A stretch of 64,000 bases of DNA from NCBI GenBank assembly GCA_030324005.1, contig JARDVH010000099.1:42271788-42335787 (forward strand), in the 5' to 3' direction. Below the pieces are notes generated by a model that ran no database searches, was not told the origin of the DNA, and was given only the letters and a program-made list of their open reading frames with translations. Below are positions 37,740 through 51,645 of this stretch, in pieces (within the stretch, counting starts at the first letter, position 1; every line of letters begins with the position of its first letter). The translations under genes were made by a program, and so were the position numbers. The stretch is from Negaprion brevirostris (Eukaryota).

Positions 37740-39750
37740 TTGGCCAAGGTTGATCGGGTAAATAGACCAAAAGGTTTGGAGATAAATGGACTAAAAGATA
37801 CGGAGATAAATGTTTCCTACTTATAAAGAAACAAGTCAAAATACTTTTCAATGGAATGTGTCATAAACATAGCAAGCAAAATCCATCAGTGGCTTACCAA
37901 GGGAATTAAGGATGGTATTAGATTAAAGGTAGAGGCTTATAACATGGAAAAGAATAGTGGTAACATGAACATGGGAATGTTTTAGAAAGCAGCAAAGGAA
38001 AGTTGATAAAAAGGAGAAAAATAGAATTTGAGTAAGCTAGCCAGGAATATCAAAACCAATTTTAAGCATTTTTGCAAGTATATAAACAAAAAGAGAAGCT
38101 AAAATAGACCAAAATAAACATTGGTGTCTTAGAACAGAGACAGGGGAATGAGGGAATGGCAGAGACATTCAACAAATATTTTGTCTGTCTTCTTAGCAGA
38201 AGACACAATTACACACCCAAACCAGAGTGTAACCTAAGGGCTAAAAAGAATGAGAAACTTGATGTAATTAATATCAGCAGAGAAAATATATTGAAGAAAT
38301 TTAAGGGACTAAAATCTAACTGATCCAAAGAATGTGATGGGAAATTACCAAGGATTCTCAAAGAGGTAGCTGCAGAATGAGTGAATGTGCTGGCTTGGAT
38401 TTTCCAAAACTCCCTAGATTCTAGAGCAGCCCCAATGGATTAGAAGTTAGGAAATGTAACTACTATTCAAGAAAGGACAAAAAAGAAAAGCTGGAACTGC
38501 AGACCAGTTAATCTGACATCAGTCATTGAGGAAGTTCTGGAATCTCTTGAAAAGAAGGCCATAACAATATACTTTGGAAGTCATAGAACATGGTTTCTCA
38601 AAAGGGAAGTGAAAAATTTGAGGAATTTATAAGAGCTTTATTAGGATTGTATTAGTAGATTGGATAAAGGGGAACAGGTAGATGTAGTAAAGTTGGATTT
38701 TAGAAAGATATGCAGAAAATTAATAGAAAAGATAAAGGTGAATGGAGTAGGGAGTTATACGTATTATCATTGATGGAGGTTAATGGACAGGAAACAGAAT
38801 GGGGGTAAATGGGGCATTTTCAAGTTGACAGGCTTCTCTGATTTATGGAGTGCCGCAAGGAAAGGATCGGTGATGGTGTCACAGCTGTTTGCAGTCTATA
38901 TTAATGGAGTGGATGAAAAGATAGAGAGTAATGTACCTAAGCTGAGGTTATAAAGCTAAGCAGTAATGTAAGCTGTGAGGAGTAAAGAAAGCAGTCGCAA
39001 AGAGATATAGACATGTTAAATGAGTGGGCAAAAAGGCAGATTGAGTATGATGTGGGGAGGTGTGACACAATTGGCTTTGGTGTAAAAAAGAAACGGCATG
39101 AAACTTGATGTTCAGAGATACATAGAGGTACTTATAGAAGGAGTGTCAAGTTGGCATGCAGGTGTAGCAAGCAATTAGGAAGAAAAATATGTTTTTTTTA
39201 TTGCTAGGGGATTTAAGTACAAGAATAAGGAAACCTTGCTACAACTATATTGGCTTTGGTGAGACAGTGCTGAGTATAATGTGTGCAGTTTCCTTCTCCA
39301 TATTAAAGGAAGGATGTACTTGCAATGGAGGCAGTGTGACGAAAGATCATTAGATTAGTTTCTAGTGTGAGAGGGTTGTCCAATGAGAGGCTGAACAAAT
39401 TGGGCTTAGAAAATGAAAGGTTATCTGACTGAAACATTCAAGATTTTGAGGGACTTGCTAGTGTACTAATTGACAGATTGTTTCTCCTGGCTGAAGAATT
39501 TAGAATATGGCGCACTATCTCCAGCTTGGAGACCAATCGTTTAAGACTAATATGAGAAATTTCTTCAGAGTTGTGAATCTTTGGAATTTTCTGTCCTATA
39601 AGAATCCTCGTTGAATATAAAGTTGAGGTGGGCACATTTTCTATCTCAGGGAATCAAGGGGTATGAGGAGCTAGCTGAAAAGTAGCGTTTTGGCCATGGT
39701 TGCATTGGGAGGCAGACAGGGTCAAAGGTTTACTCTTTCTGTTCCTTATG
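37740..39750 (+). mobile_element. Long decayed CR1 LINE (ORF2 plus 3' UTR)
   Basis: Colinear CR1 RT motifs (PRILKEVA, GNCRPVNLTSV, HGFLKGK, GVPQG); homologous to 53570-54345 joined to 57710-58915. Confidence 0.85.
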
Positions 39751-39769
39751 CTTTGAATGTTCTTAACTA

Positions 39770-42700
39770 TTATGAATGGTGGTAGACAATTTAACAGCTA
39801 ACAGGTGGAAGAGGAAGAGGTGAAGAGCCTGGCATGCCAGTGCAAAAAATCAGGCTAAATCATTTGCAACCACCTTCAGACAGAAGTACCAAGTAGATGA
39901 TCCATCGCTGCCCCTTCCAGATGTTCTCTGTATCCTGAGACCAATGGCCAATTTAATTTACCTCATGATACCAAGAAGTGGCAAGAGGGATTGGATACAA
40001 AAACGGCTACATCCTGATAGTAATGCTGAAGACTTGTGCTCTAGAATTGACTGCTGCCTACCTAAACTATTCCAGTATGGCTACAACACTAGTATCTACT
40101 TGAGAATGTGGAAAATTGCCCAAGTGTGTCCTGTCCTTAAAAAGCAAGACAAAACTCAATCCAACCAATTACTGCCTCATCAATCCACTCTATATCATCA
40201 GCGTAGTAATGGATGGTCTCGCTGACAGTGCTCTCAAGCTTGTCATACTCTTGTCTGTGAATTGCTGGAGACAATGAACATTTTTACTATTTGAAAAAAA
40301 TGGTATGGCCCAAGATGGGATTTCTGGATGGATCAGGTGACTTGTAACTTCTGCACAGATAAAAATTGACTCCTATTGATTTCTATTTCTGGGAATCATT
40401 ACCACAGGATCACAGAATTGTTATGGTGCCAAAGGAGGCCATATGGCCCATCGTGTCTGCACTTCCTGCCAAATGAGCATCATGATTTGGTGCCTTTCTC
40501 CAGCTTCTTCCCATATCCCTGCACATTGTTTCTATTTGAGTAATCATCTAATGCCCACTTGGGTGTCTTAACTGAACCTGCCTCCACCACTCTTCTATGC
40601 AATGCATTTGCTTCTTTTGCAATTCATTTTATATGTGTTCCCTCTCATTTTTGATTATTTTGTGAGTGGAACCAGTTTCTCACTATCTATTCTGTCTAGC
40701 CTGTCATGAATTTGAACATCTTGGAGAGAAGGCAGATAAGAGATTTGACAGAAGAACAGCTCAACCTCTCCAATCTGTCCTCATAACCGAAGTTTCTCAT
40801 CTCTGGAACCATTCTTATAAACCACTTCTGCACTCTCCAATGCATTTACATCCTGCCGATTAGTGTGACATTCAGAACTGTGTACACTATTCCACCTGAA
40901 GTCTAGCATCTTGTATAATTTCAGCTTAACCTCCTTGCTCTTGTACTCCATGGCCCTATTAATATAACTCAGAATATTGTGCATTATGAGCTGCTCTCTC
41001 TACATGTCCTGCCACCTTCAAGGATTTGTGCACATATACACCCAGGTGCCTCTGCTTCTGCACCTCTTTAAGCATTTATCCCTTATATTGTATTGTCTCT
41101 CAATGTTTTCACTAGGAAAATGCATCTCTTCACACTTCTCCACATTGAATTTAATCTGCCACCTATCTTTCCACTCTGTAACTTGTCTATGTCCTTTGAA
41201 TTTCTACACTGTCCTCTTTACAGTTTACAATGCATCCCACTTTTGTGTCAATTGCAAACTTTTAAATTGTTCTTTGCACACCAAGATCTAGAACGTTAAT
41301 ACTAATCAGGAAAAGTAAGCATCCCACTACTGATTCCTGGGGAACACCATTACAAACCTCCCTCCAGCCTGAAAAATCAATAGACCATTCTCTCTGTTTC
41401 CTATCATTCAGCCAATTTTGTATTTACTATGCTACTGTCTCTCTTATTCCATGTGCTATAATTTTTCTCAAGTCTGTTGTGTGGCAGTGTATTGAATGCC
41501 TTTTGAAAGTCCATGTACACCCCATCAACAGCATTACCCGCATTGATACATTCTGCTACCTCCTCAAACTCCGGAAGTTAGTTAAACATGGTTTCTCCTT
41601 TAGAATTTTTTTAAATTAACCCACATTTTTCCATGTTTAAAATGTAATTGTCTGTGAGTGGAGTCTCCTTTGATAGTACATTTTGGGTACAAAATCCCTT
41701 ATGAATTTACAACTTTTATTTTTGGAACAAGGAACTAGTTACCCTAGACTGTGTCTAAAAACCTGCAACCTAACCTAACAAAGAGTGCTGGGGAGAAGTC
41801 AGTTTATCACAAGCAAATGTGAACTGCTGTCATTCATCCCCAATTTTGCGGCAGTGGCTTCTAACTTCAAATAATTAGTATGGACAATGGAAGGATGAAA
41901 CCTGGCTTGAGACAGCAAATCACATTATTTCAAGGACAGGCCAGGGCCACGTCAGCCTGAGACAAATGGCAAGAAGAACGGAACCCTGCCTAAACAGCAG
42001 CCAATATCTACAGGTTGAGGGGGACCAGTTTGTTTCACTTGCAAAAAAATATTTCTTTTCTACAGAAGTTATGCTGCAACTTTGTCTGAAAATCCAAGAC
42101 TTCCAACTTACATTCACCTTCAAAGAACTACTGGAGAGAATTCCATCTAAGCCTGCAACAATTTAATCTTAAAGGAAAATCTGAACATGTGATTTGTTTT
42201 CTTATTATTCCATTTAAGTGTGTGCGTCATTTCGAAAACTGATCTTGTCTGTATATGTCTGTGTTTGAGCGATGATGTATCATTGCGTTTGCATTCTGAT
42301 TGTTGTGTGAGTATACATTTCCCTTTTCTTTTGATTTAAACTTACCAGAAAGCCTGTAATGTTTCAGTCTTTTGAAATTGCAACACTAAAAGGATTTAAA
42401 ACACAGTCTACAAATATACATCATATTGCGACCAACCCACAGCTGAGGGAGGAAAAACTACAGCACCACTGCTTCCCTTCTGTATCAAGCGACACTCAGA
42501 AACATTGATATTCAGATTGGGTTTTACCATGGAGGATGGGTATAGATTTTGTTTTTGGACCAATCTTCTCAACCCAGGAAGCTGCTTCATCAGTGAACTT
42601 CCACTAATAAAGTCAGAAGTAGGGATGTTCGCTGACTGTTGCACACTGTTCAGTGCCTGAAGTTACTGAAGTTATCTATGGCTATGTGTTGCAACACCTA

Positions 42701-43395
42701 GAAAGCATTTACACATAGGCTGCACAAGTTCCAGGCAATAACCATCTCCAATAAAGAGAATCTGGCTATCTTCTCTTGACATTCAATAGCATTACCCTCT
42801 CTGAATCTCCAGTCATCGACATCCAGGGACATTGTCATTGACCTGAAGCTTAACTCGTTGAGTTGCATCAACACCAACACTGCAGCTACAAGAGTAGGAC
42901 AGAGGCAGGAGTGTGATGGTCTACTCTCCAGTTGCCTGGAGAATTGCAGCTCCACCAACACCGGAGAAGCTTGACAGCATCCAGGACAAAGTAGCTTGCT
43001 TGATTGGCACCACAATCCACCACCTTAACCATTCACTCCCTCATCATACAGTAGCAGCAGTGTGCACCATCTGCCCGATGCACTTCAATGACTCCTATGA
43101 TAGCACCTTCCAGACCCAGTATCTCCTAGAAGCACAACTGCAGCTGACACATGGAACACTGCCACCTGCAAGTTCCCCTGCAAGTCTCTTGTCATGCTGA
43201 ATTGGAGCTATAGTGCTTTTTTACTACTGCTGGATCAAAAACCTGGAGCTCCCTTTCTAATATGGTGGTTATATCTACACCATATGGACTTCAATGGATC
43301 AAGAAAACAGCTCTCAATCAGCTTCTCAAGGACAAATAGGAATGGACAACAAATGTTGGCCTTGACAGCAATGTTCACATCACATGAATGAATAA
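39770..43395 (+). mobile_element. CR1/L2-group LINE split by a solo LTR
   Basis: MWKIAQVCPVLKKQDK at ~40100; sequence resumes at 42488 and runs through YSPVAW..AAP...LDSIQDK to a (gaat)n-like end at ~43390. Confidence 0.75.
40241..42487. mobile_element. Putative solo LTR, itself interrupted by a CR1 (-) at ~40405-41640
   Basis: Termini TGTCATA...TGTATCA with flanks agct/agcg; the host LINE sequence is continuous across it. Confidence 0.5.
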
Positions 43396-44084
43396 AAATA
43401 AAGCATAATTCAACAGCTTTAGTGCTACTTTGTTGTGGCAGAAATAATGAATGTTCTGTAACTAATATAGCTAGCCTGAACAAAGCACTATTATTGAACA
43501 CCATGTTTGTCCAATTAGCCCATCCAAAAACAGGTTGTAGAATTGTACTACTTCANNNNNNNNNNNNNNNNNNNNNNNNNNNNNNNNNNNNNNNNNNNNN
43601 NNNNNNNNNNNNNNNNNNNNNNNNNNNNNNNNNNNNNNNNNNNNNNCTGTGACATTTAATCAGTACATGAGCTGTTTTTGTCCTTCGACAATTTGGAGAA
43701 GCTGGCATTTTCACTTAAGTACAACCTGTTTCCAGTGTTTTTGCCTGATTAATTTGTCTGTCTTTGTCAATTGGGCTTTGTGGATGAAATTAGGTAATAT
43801 GTTGTGGATTTTAGGGATTTTAACTTTATCTGGTTTCTTTCATCTATTACTTTAGAGCACATTAAGTATTCTAAATAACAACAGTTATTACAGCAATCAA
43901 TAGGGATGTCTTTTAAATGTGGCTCAGGTTTTTGTATCTCATACACCTGCGTCAGCATTGTAATCCCAGCTGATATCTGGTAAAATAGTTTGCATTGTAC
44001 CTATCCCCATTCATTTTATCAATAGCTGATAAGTAGATTGGCACAGAATTTACATATAATAAATGTGTTTGTTCAAAGAAAAAG

Positions 44085-44500
44085 ACAAGTTCAGCAAAGA
44101 AACGGGTTCTTTGGTCCTCTAAGCCTGTGCCGATCACGATGCCCTAACTAAACTAAAAAAAACCTTCTGCCCTTACTCGGTTTGTATCCCTCTATTCCCT
44201 TCCTATTCATGTACCCATCCAGACGCCTCATAAATGTTGCTAATGTTCCACTGCCTTCTCTGGCAGTGTGTTTCAGGCACCCACCATTATCTACATGAAA
44301 TTCTTCCCCCGCACAGCTCCCTTAAACTTGCCCCATCTCATCGTGAACCTGTGCTCCCTTGTAATTGATACTTCCACTCTGGGAAAATGCCTCTGACTAT
44401 CAATCCTGTTCATGTCTCTCACAATTTTGTAGACTTCTACCAGGTCTCCCTCAGCCTCTGTCTTTCCAGTGAAAACAATCCTAGTTCATTCAACCTCTCA
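44085..44500 (-). mobile_element. CR1 LINE 3' fragment
   Basis: Homologous to 20985-21500. Confidence 0.75.
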
Positions 44501-44897
44501 GGACAGTTGTTTCTGAAGTAGAAAATCCAAATAGTTAACCCAGATATTTTCACTAGCGCGTGCAGTATAAAAGTGAGTTTTTAAAATAGAGTAGCTATCA
44601 TTACATATGCTATGTATAATTAATTTTGCTGCATTTATTGAAGTGATATGTATATTATTTGAGCTTTGTTAGATTGAACACATAGGCAAATTCTTTCTGC
44701 TATACAGATTCATTCAGATTGTTTTATGTCTAATAATTACAAAATGATGTTAACAAAGCTTAGACTTCTGGTATGTAGATAATTAGCTTGTTGCTTAATG
44801 TTTCCAATGCATTGCACAGTGGTCTAGGAAATGACTCTTCATCCATAAACCATGAACAAAATTTGCAGCAAGATAAACTGTTTAATCTACTTTGTAG

Positions 44898-45075
44898 GTT
44901 CTAATGTTAATTGTCAAGCCTTTGACAAGGCCACACCATTGTTTATAGCAGCTCAGGAAGGACATACAGAATGTGTTGAACTGCTGTTGTCAAATGGAGC
45001 TGATACAAACCTTTCGTGCAGTGAAGATGATTGGCAGTTGCCCATTCATGCAGCTGCGCAGATGGGAAAAGTCAA
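44898..45075 (+). CDS. ASB3: ASB3 coding exon 5
   Basis: (G)[58 protein letters not shown]; ttgtag acceptor, AA|gtaag donor; 178 nt, phase 1 to 2. Confidence 0.96.
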
Positions 45076-45851
45076 GTAAGTAGTCACAGACTTGAATTAT
45101 TAAAAAGACATGTATTTTGTTCAATTTGTGATTGGAAAATATATTTTTGAAATTGATATTACATTGCTGGGTACATGGGGGATTGAGAAACAGAATTAAA
45201 TATCATAAAGTAGAATTTGCATTGCAATTCTAGTATTTTTAGTAATTTTAAAAGAAGAATATGTTATTGTTAATAAGAAAATTTAGAATTTTCAGGGAAG
45301 CAAGCCTAAAACATTTTCTACTCCCACACACAAATGTATCTTCTAAATCTGTGCCTTCAGTACTTGATTTTCATTTTCTGACTCTCACATTCTTTTCCTT
45401 CTGGTACAAGTAAAGGATGTATGCCTACTGCTTAAGTTACAAAGACTTTGTAACTATGTGCTTTCACATGTCAGAATTGTTCTTCAATTGTCAATGTTTT
45501 GGGGAGGTGCCAATTTTTTTTATTTTCTAGGTTGACGCCTGTGCTTTTGTACTTAGCATTTCATTGAGAATCACTGTTGCAGTGAATACACTTGGCATGG
45601 ATAAATGGTCCTCTTAAGTAGCCTCAATCAAAACATGGTCTTAGCCTCCGCAAAGATCTCACCCATTCTACTTAAAATTCTTTTATGTCTTCTGTTTCAA
45701 AATTTCTTCAAGTAAATTTGTACATGTTACATTAGTTCCTTATCATTCAAAGTCTTGCATTATTTATAATTCAATACGAGACCGCAGAGCATTTTTTTCT
45801 TGTCCTGTGTGAATTCACATTAATTTCATAACATGTATGGATTTCTGGTAG

Positions 45852-46049
45852 GGTGCTGGAATTCTTAATACCTATCACTGATCGAATATGTGATACTGGG
45901 AAGAATAAGGTGAGCCCAGTCTATTCAGCGGTGTATGGAGGACAGCAAACGTGTTTAAAAATGTTACTACGGGCAGGTTACAGTCCCAACGCCCAGGAGT
46001 GCCCATTGTATGACTGCCTGTCGCCATTGTGCATGGCTTTTTCTCAGAG
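45852..46049 (+). CDS. ASB3: ASB3 coding exon 6
   Basis: (K)[65 protein letters not shown]; ggtag acceptor, AG|gtaag donor; 198 nt, phase 2. Confidence 0.95.
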
Positions 46050-46684
46050 GTAAGCTATTCAGCTTTGAGATTTGATTACTTTCTGCAGAATCGTAAAAGG
46101 CACATTGTGTGTGGTTAAGGATGCATAGGTTTTGTAATACTGTGTAATATATATGAGCATGAAATAGGGCTGTATTTTATGCACTGCAGTGAACAAGGGG
46201 CACCAGCCATTAATTGCACTTGCCCACAGATTTTCAGTGGGGTAATGCAACTTTTCCAATGCAGTGTCTATTGCAAGAGGTCTGGCAGCTGTGAACAGAG
46301 CAACCATAAATTTCCTTAGCCAGCAGATCGCAGAACAGCTGCTGGACAGTACCAAGAGTCTTAGCCCAAAGTTCAAGTTAAAATATTTAGTTCCATGCCA
46401 GTTGATGTACGTCAGCAAATTAGAGCGGGGTGGGGGGGAAGATTGAGAGAGGTAAAAGACTGAGCATAAAAGTTTTTGTTTACCTTCAAATTTTATTAAC
46501 TCTCCAGTATTATAATAGCAGTAACTTGTGTTTATATGACACCCTGTAAATGCAGGAGCTTCGCAGGAACATGACAAAAACAAATTTGACACAAGCCACA
46601 TAAGATATTAGGGCATGCATGGGCAAACAGGAATGCTTTAAAGTAAGAAAAGGAGCTAGAGGAGTTGGGAGAATGTCAGCTTAG

Positions 46685-46945
46685 TTTTTAAGTATTTATT
46701 AGTGTCTGAAGCAGTCTTACATTAACATTGCAATGAAGTTACTGCAAAAATCCCCTTGTCGCTGCACTCCGTGCCCGTTCAGGTACACTGAGGGAAAATT
46801 TACCATGGTTGATACACATAACCAGCACTTCTTTCAGATTGTGGGGGGAAACCGGACCACTCAGAGGAAACCCATGCAGACACCAGGAGAATCAAACTTG
46901 GGTCCTTGGTGCTGTGAGGCACAGCTAACCACTGTGTCATTGTAT
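46685..46945 (-). mobile_element. V-SINE with an alternative 3' tail
   Basis: Same structure as 23370-23646. Confidence 0.75.
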
Positions 46946-49900
46946 TGCACAGAGCATAGGGTCTTGGCAGCTGAAGACACTGCCAACAATGGTGGTGTAA
47001 TTAAAACTGGGATTGTGCAGAGGCCAGAATTGGAGCAATGTAGTAATTTTGGAAGGTTGTAAAGCTGGAGGGGATTAGAGAGAGAGAGAAGGTGAAAGGA
47101 TTTGGAAATGTGGAGAAGAACTTGAAAATTTGAGGCATTCCAACTATTCATATATTTCTACAAGAAGTTCTAATTCCAAGATGTAAACTTGCTTCAAACA
47201 ACAGTTCAACCATGCATTTAAAGGCTTCTCCAACTGTCTCTTCATCCATGTTGTGGACAATTCCCATTGAATTCTTGACTTATTAATTTCTTTAATTCAG
47301 ACTCAATGTTGCTATGAACTCAATTAAATTCCCTATGACCAATAATTTATGCTTAATTCCATACTGATCATTTTAAAGTTGGGTTCTCTGTGGAGTATGT
47401 GTCAATGCCTTGATGGTTTAAAATATCCTCTCACTTTACTGACCACATTAACCATTTCATGTTAAGCTCTTGGTCAAGTAACTGAGCATGTCTGAGGCTC
47501 ATTCTTTAGTGTATTTTGCCATGCGTTTCCACGTGGCCATTGCTGGCTATTTTTACCAAAATCCCAATATCATGCCAATTAATATTGAGACACAAGCCCT
47601 GCTTTGACTCTGAGGTGATCTTGTCAAAAGATTAAAGGGATCTCTGTCTTAAAATCTATGCTCATTTCACCCTGCATGGTCCTGATAGTGGCCAGCCTCT
47701 CAAATACAGCTTCCTTAGAATGTTGATAGGCAAAATACAAACATCCCAAAGAGAAACTTGACAATTTATTGTACTCTTTCCCAAAATTCCTTCATTACTA
47801 CTTGCATCATTTCCCCAGAGCACTACACTGTCCTTGGCTTATTCAGTTTGGCAGATACACTTCATTCACAATTTGTTATTATAGGAATCACTGCATGATG
47901 CACTTTATAGTGCAATATCATTCACGTTGGAACAATTTTAATTCAGTTAACACTCATTGATGACTGAATCCCCAAACCATAGGCTGACCTTAATCTACTA
48001 AAATGTATGGTCCCTTGTAAAAGGATCAAACACTTCTACCCTCTTGATGTTTCATACTATCACCTGATTCCAGTGACTTAAACTTTCATTGGATTGTACC
48101 TGGGTGATTTTTAAAATTCATATTTGGTGCTGTAATTTTCCCATTTCTATCACTAATTCTCAGTCAACTCCTCTCATTCAAACCCGTTAATAACCTTTCT
48201 GCCTTATTTAAGACTTCTTGAGAAATGACATGGCCCAATACAACGTTCTCATAAGCTCGTTAAAGCAGAAGGCAAATGTTTCCATTTGACTCTAGGTATG
48301 ACACACTGGGTGGGATTTTATGGCCTCTCTCAAGCAGGACTGAAAAGTTCCCCCGAAGTCACCGGACATTTCTATTTTCCACCCCTTGCCTGCCCCGATT
48401 CTGTGGCGAGCTGGAGGTTGTGCTTGTCTGTCCCTTATTTTAAATAATTCTTCTTTCTTAAAAATAACCCATTCTGAGCAACAATCAGAGTATGGATTCC
48501 AGGTTTGAAAGTGAAAGAATTTTTACAATTTGTATGAGGGTGAGAGATTCACGGGAATTGCACTTCTTTTGATTGGATGACTGGTTTTCCTGTGTTTGCA
48601 AACCTCACAGTTCTATGCATTCAACTAAAAGATGCATATTCATTATCTTAGCTTTTTCCACCTTTTGCTTCTGATTGTCTACTTCTCTCTAAGCTTCAAT
48701 TTCCCTACTCTTATCTACTCACTGACTCTTGCGATAATGTATTTTTAATGCACCAAGTTTCTTTACCCTTTTTGAACTGTCTTGTTCCTCTCTTTTGTTT
48801 AACAGTCACTTGTTGGTCACTTGCCTTTGCCTTAAATGTCTTACGTTACTTCTCTTAACCAAAGTGTCTGTTAGTGGTATCTTCGTCTCTCGCATGATGG
48901 GCAGAACTTAAGTTGCCCTGCAGTGAGTTTGATGATGGGATGGGCATTTGATTGAGTGGGAGCAATCATGGGTAGGGACTCCACCACCTTCCCAACTCCA
49001 CCCTGACTAAGACCGGGCTAACAAGGTTTTTGGATGGCCTTCCCATCCCACTGACAACTGAGACGCATAAGGTGACAATTAATTAATTAACTAACCAGCA
49101 GGCCTGTTAATTTACTTGTAGACTTCCAGGGATTTTGCTCTTAGTCAGGTATACATTGCCTGATCAGGGACCTGGAATGGGCAGTTCACTGAGAGCTACC
49201 CGCCATCATTCTTCTGTGGCTTGGAACCATCAGCAATCCTGGGGCTCTGGTGGGTCCATTACTTGCGGTAACCATCACATCTCCGGTAGTTCAGCTCAGT
49301 GGTGCACAGCTGCTGACCTCTGACCGGTAGCTGTTGAAGGTAGCATGCTACCTTCAAGAATTCTTAATCCAGTGGAAGATCTGCTGTTGCCGTATGAAGT
49401 GCCAAATTGGCACTTTATTTGATGATCTTCCCAAAAGTAGACGATGCAAGGCTTGTGCTGGCTCTCCAGCTGGTTGGTGAGCCCTGCCCCCAGTGTCAGC
49501 ATTAAATTCTGCCATGATGGTGAAATGGGTATAGCCGCTGGAATTAAACCATACCCACACCTCCTTGAGAGGCATCTTTGCTTCATGTCTTTTGTGACTA
49601 TTTTGTAATTGGATCCCTTCCTCGACTGTTTTGCCCTATATGAGAGATCATTACCATCTGCACTATGATCTGTATCCTCCCTTTTGGGAGGGGCAGTGTA
49701 TTTAAGAACTAACTCATCCATAGTTTACACTTTTGGATTTTGATATGTATTATTCTTACTTGTATCCTATTCTTGTTGTTAGTTGTAACGTTCTACCCCT
49801 TGACAAGTTACTTGACTTTCAACATGAAAATTGAGAAATAATGAGAACACTCAAAGCCAAAATTAAGCACTATTGTCTTTACTAGATTTGATAGGAGTAC

Positions 49901-51201
49901 CAATAACAATAAAATACACCCATTAACAGTACACCTGTTAATCACAATTGCATTACCAGAAGGCATACATATAATCACCCAGATCCTGTCAATCATATTC
50001 ATCAATTGACCAAATTGCTTAGCAAAAGCAGAGTCACTATTTCTAATGATGTTTATGCTTTACAGGGTGGGCTACATGTTTCATTGACAAGATTGTACTG
50101 CCTTATCAAATTCCATCTTAAGCTGCAATTGTCCAGTGAGGTATCTAATTCCTTATTCAAACTATATTAGACTCTGCCCTGATGTTTTACTTCTGTTTTA
50201 AACTTCCTTCAATGTTTTTCCATCTCTTTTTGGATCATGCAGATGTTTTAAGATCCTTAACAGCACACAATAGCAATTTCCTTTTTAGCTCTCAGATTTC
50301 AGAACCACAAGATAATTCAAACAATTAGAGTTACGATTCTTGTAAAGATAAATAACCCAAAAGAACCAAACTTCCCAAATGTTCCCCCTAATGGAAAAAA
50401 TGGATGGGCAAGATTTCATTTACTTAACAATCAAACCAAAATCAACATAAATTAAACACAAATTAACAGACAAATTGTATTTAATAGAAACCATGAATTA
50501 AATTTCAAATAGCTAATACAACAAAGATTTGCTGGCAGTCCCCTTAGGAAATATGGCACTGTGTCCAGCCCCAAAGCCCTTCACACTCTGTCACTCTCCA
50601 GTAAGGTTCAGCTCCTCTTTGCCATGCAGGATTTGATCGTAAGTTGCTTCTGCCAACAGTTTTAATCCATCTGAGTTCCATAGGTATGGTTATCACCCAA
50701 AGGGCTCAATTTTGCAGAACCTTCTTGAATTGATTCAGAGCAATCGTGATTCCCCAGAGTCATTCAAAAAAAAACTCCGCTACAAGGTGTGGGCACCTCT
50801 GGTAAAAACTGAAACAGTGAGGATAACTTTATTTCACCAACCTGGTTTGAAAAGCAGTTTTCAGTTTTTCATTTGTCTTTCGTTTGCCTCCCACCCACCA
50901 CTCTTCGCACCCATTGTAACTCCCTCCTTCCCCATAAGTTCAAAAATTACAGGCTTTGAAGCACACTGCAGGGTCCCTCAAGTTATTAACTTCTTCTGAG
51001 TTGTTGCTTTGTGAATGAAAGATCATTTATCTTCTAAGTAAACACAAAATGGAGTTTGTATCTTTGCATTTCAAAAGAAAACATACCCTGTCATCATCAA
51101 TCACTGTCAGTTTCTGCAGCTTTCAAAATGTTTAAGTTAGTGAAACAGACATTTTGTGTCCGTGTTATTGAAACATGAAGGTTCAGCAAAGTAACAGCTT
51201 G

Positions 51202-51645
51202 TTGGCCTTTTGGCTAAGATCAAATGTAGTAACAACATGCTGTACTTGGTTGAAGTCATTGGATTACACTTCAGCTTAATTTGAAGCAACTTTTTAAAGC
51301 GGCATCTCAGCCTTTTGGCTAAGATGCAAATGAGATCAAGCCTTGGAGGAGGTGCAATGCCTACACCAATCAGCTTGGATCACGTAGATCAAGCCCAAGA
51401 CAGGAGGTGAGAGCCCTGTCTTGTCAGCTTGGATCGGGAATGNNNNNNNNNNNNNNNNNNNNNNNNNNNNNNNNNNNNNNNNNNNNNNNNNNNNNNNNNN
51501 NNNNNNNNNNNNNNNNNNNNNNNNNNNNNNNNNNNNNNNNNNAAGACAGGAGGTGAGAGCCCTGTCTTGTCAGCTTGGATCGGGAATGTCTCAACTTGTT
51601 GGGACTCTGAATTGGACTTGATTGGATTGAATTGGAATTTAAAAA
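51202..51645 (+). mobile_element. U2 snRNA-headed SINE-like retroposon with an A-tail and 9-bp TSD (contains a 100-N gap)
   Basis: 51197-51231 matches U2 nt 4-38 at 32/35 and 51302-51325 matches U2 nt 4-27 at 22/24; TSD aacagcttg at 51193-51201 and 51646-51654; second copy at 60080-60333. Confidence 0.75.

Noticed and set aside
46059-46601. 180-aa minus-strand ORF next to ASB3 exon 6 (also 49296-49721 and 35016-35402)
   Set aside because: No recognisable domain or exon structure; partly overlaps decayed repeats; expected by chance.
51197-51231. Functional U2 snRNA gene
   Set aside because: Only the first ~38 nt match, with substitutions; there is no Sm site or 3' stem-loops, and it is bounded by a TSD.
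51334-51435. Twister or HDV-like ribozyme (AAGCCC and GAGGG-like words)
   Set aside because: I could not build the required P1 stem and pseudoknots by eye; kept only as an unexplained hairpin motif.
51397-51588. 46-bp direct repeat either side of the N run, suggesting a tandem array inside the U2-headed element
   Set aside because: Identical sequence flanking an exactly 100-N gap is most likely an unmerged contig overlap; the same pattern occurs at 32343/32484.
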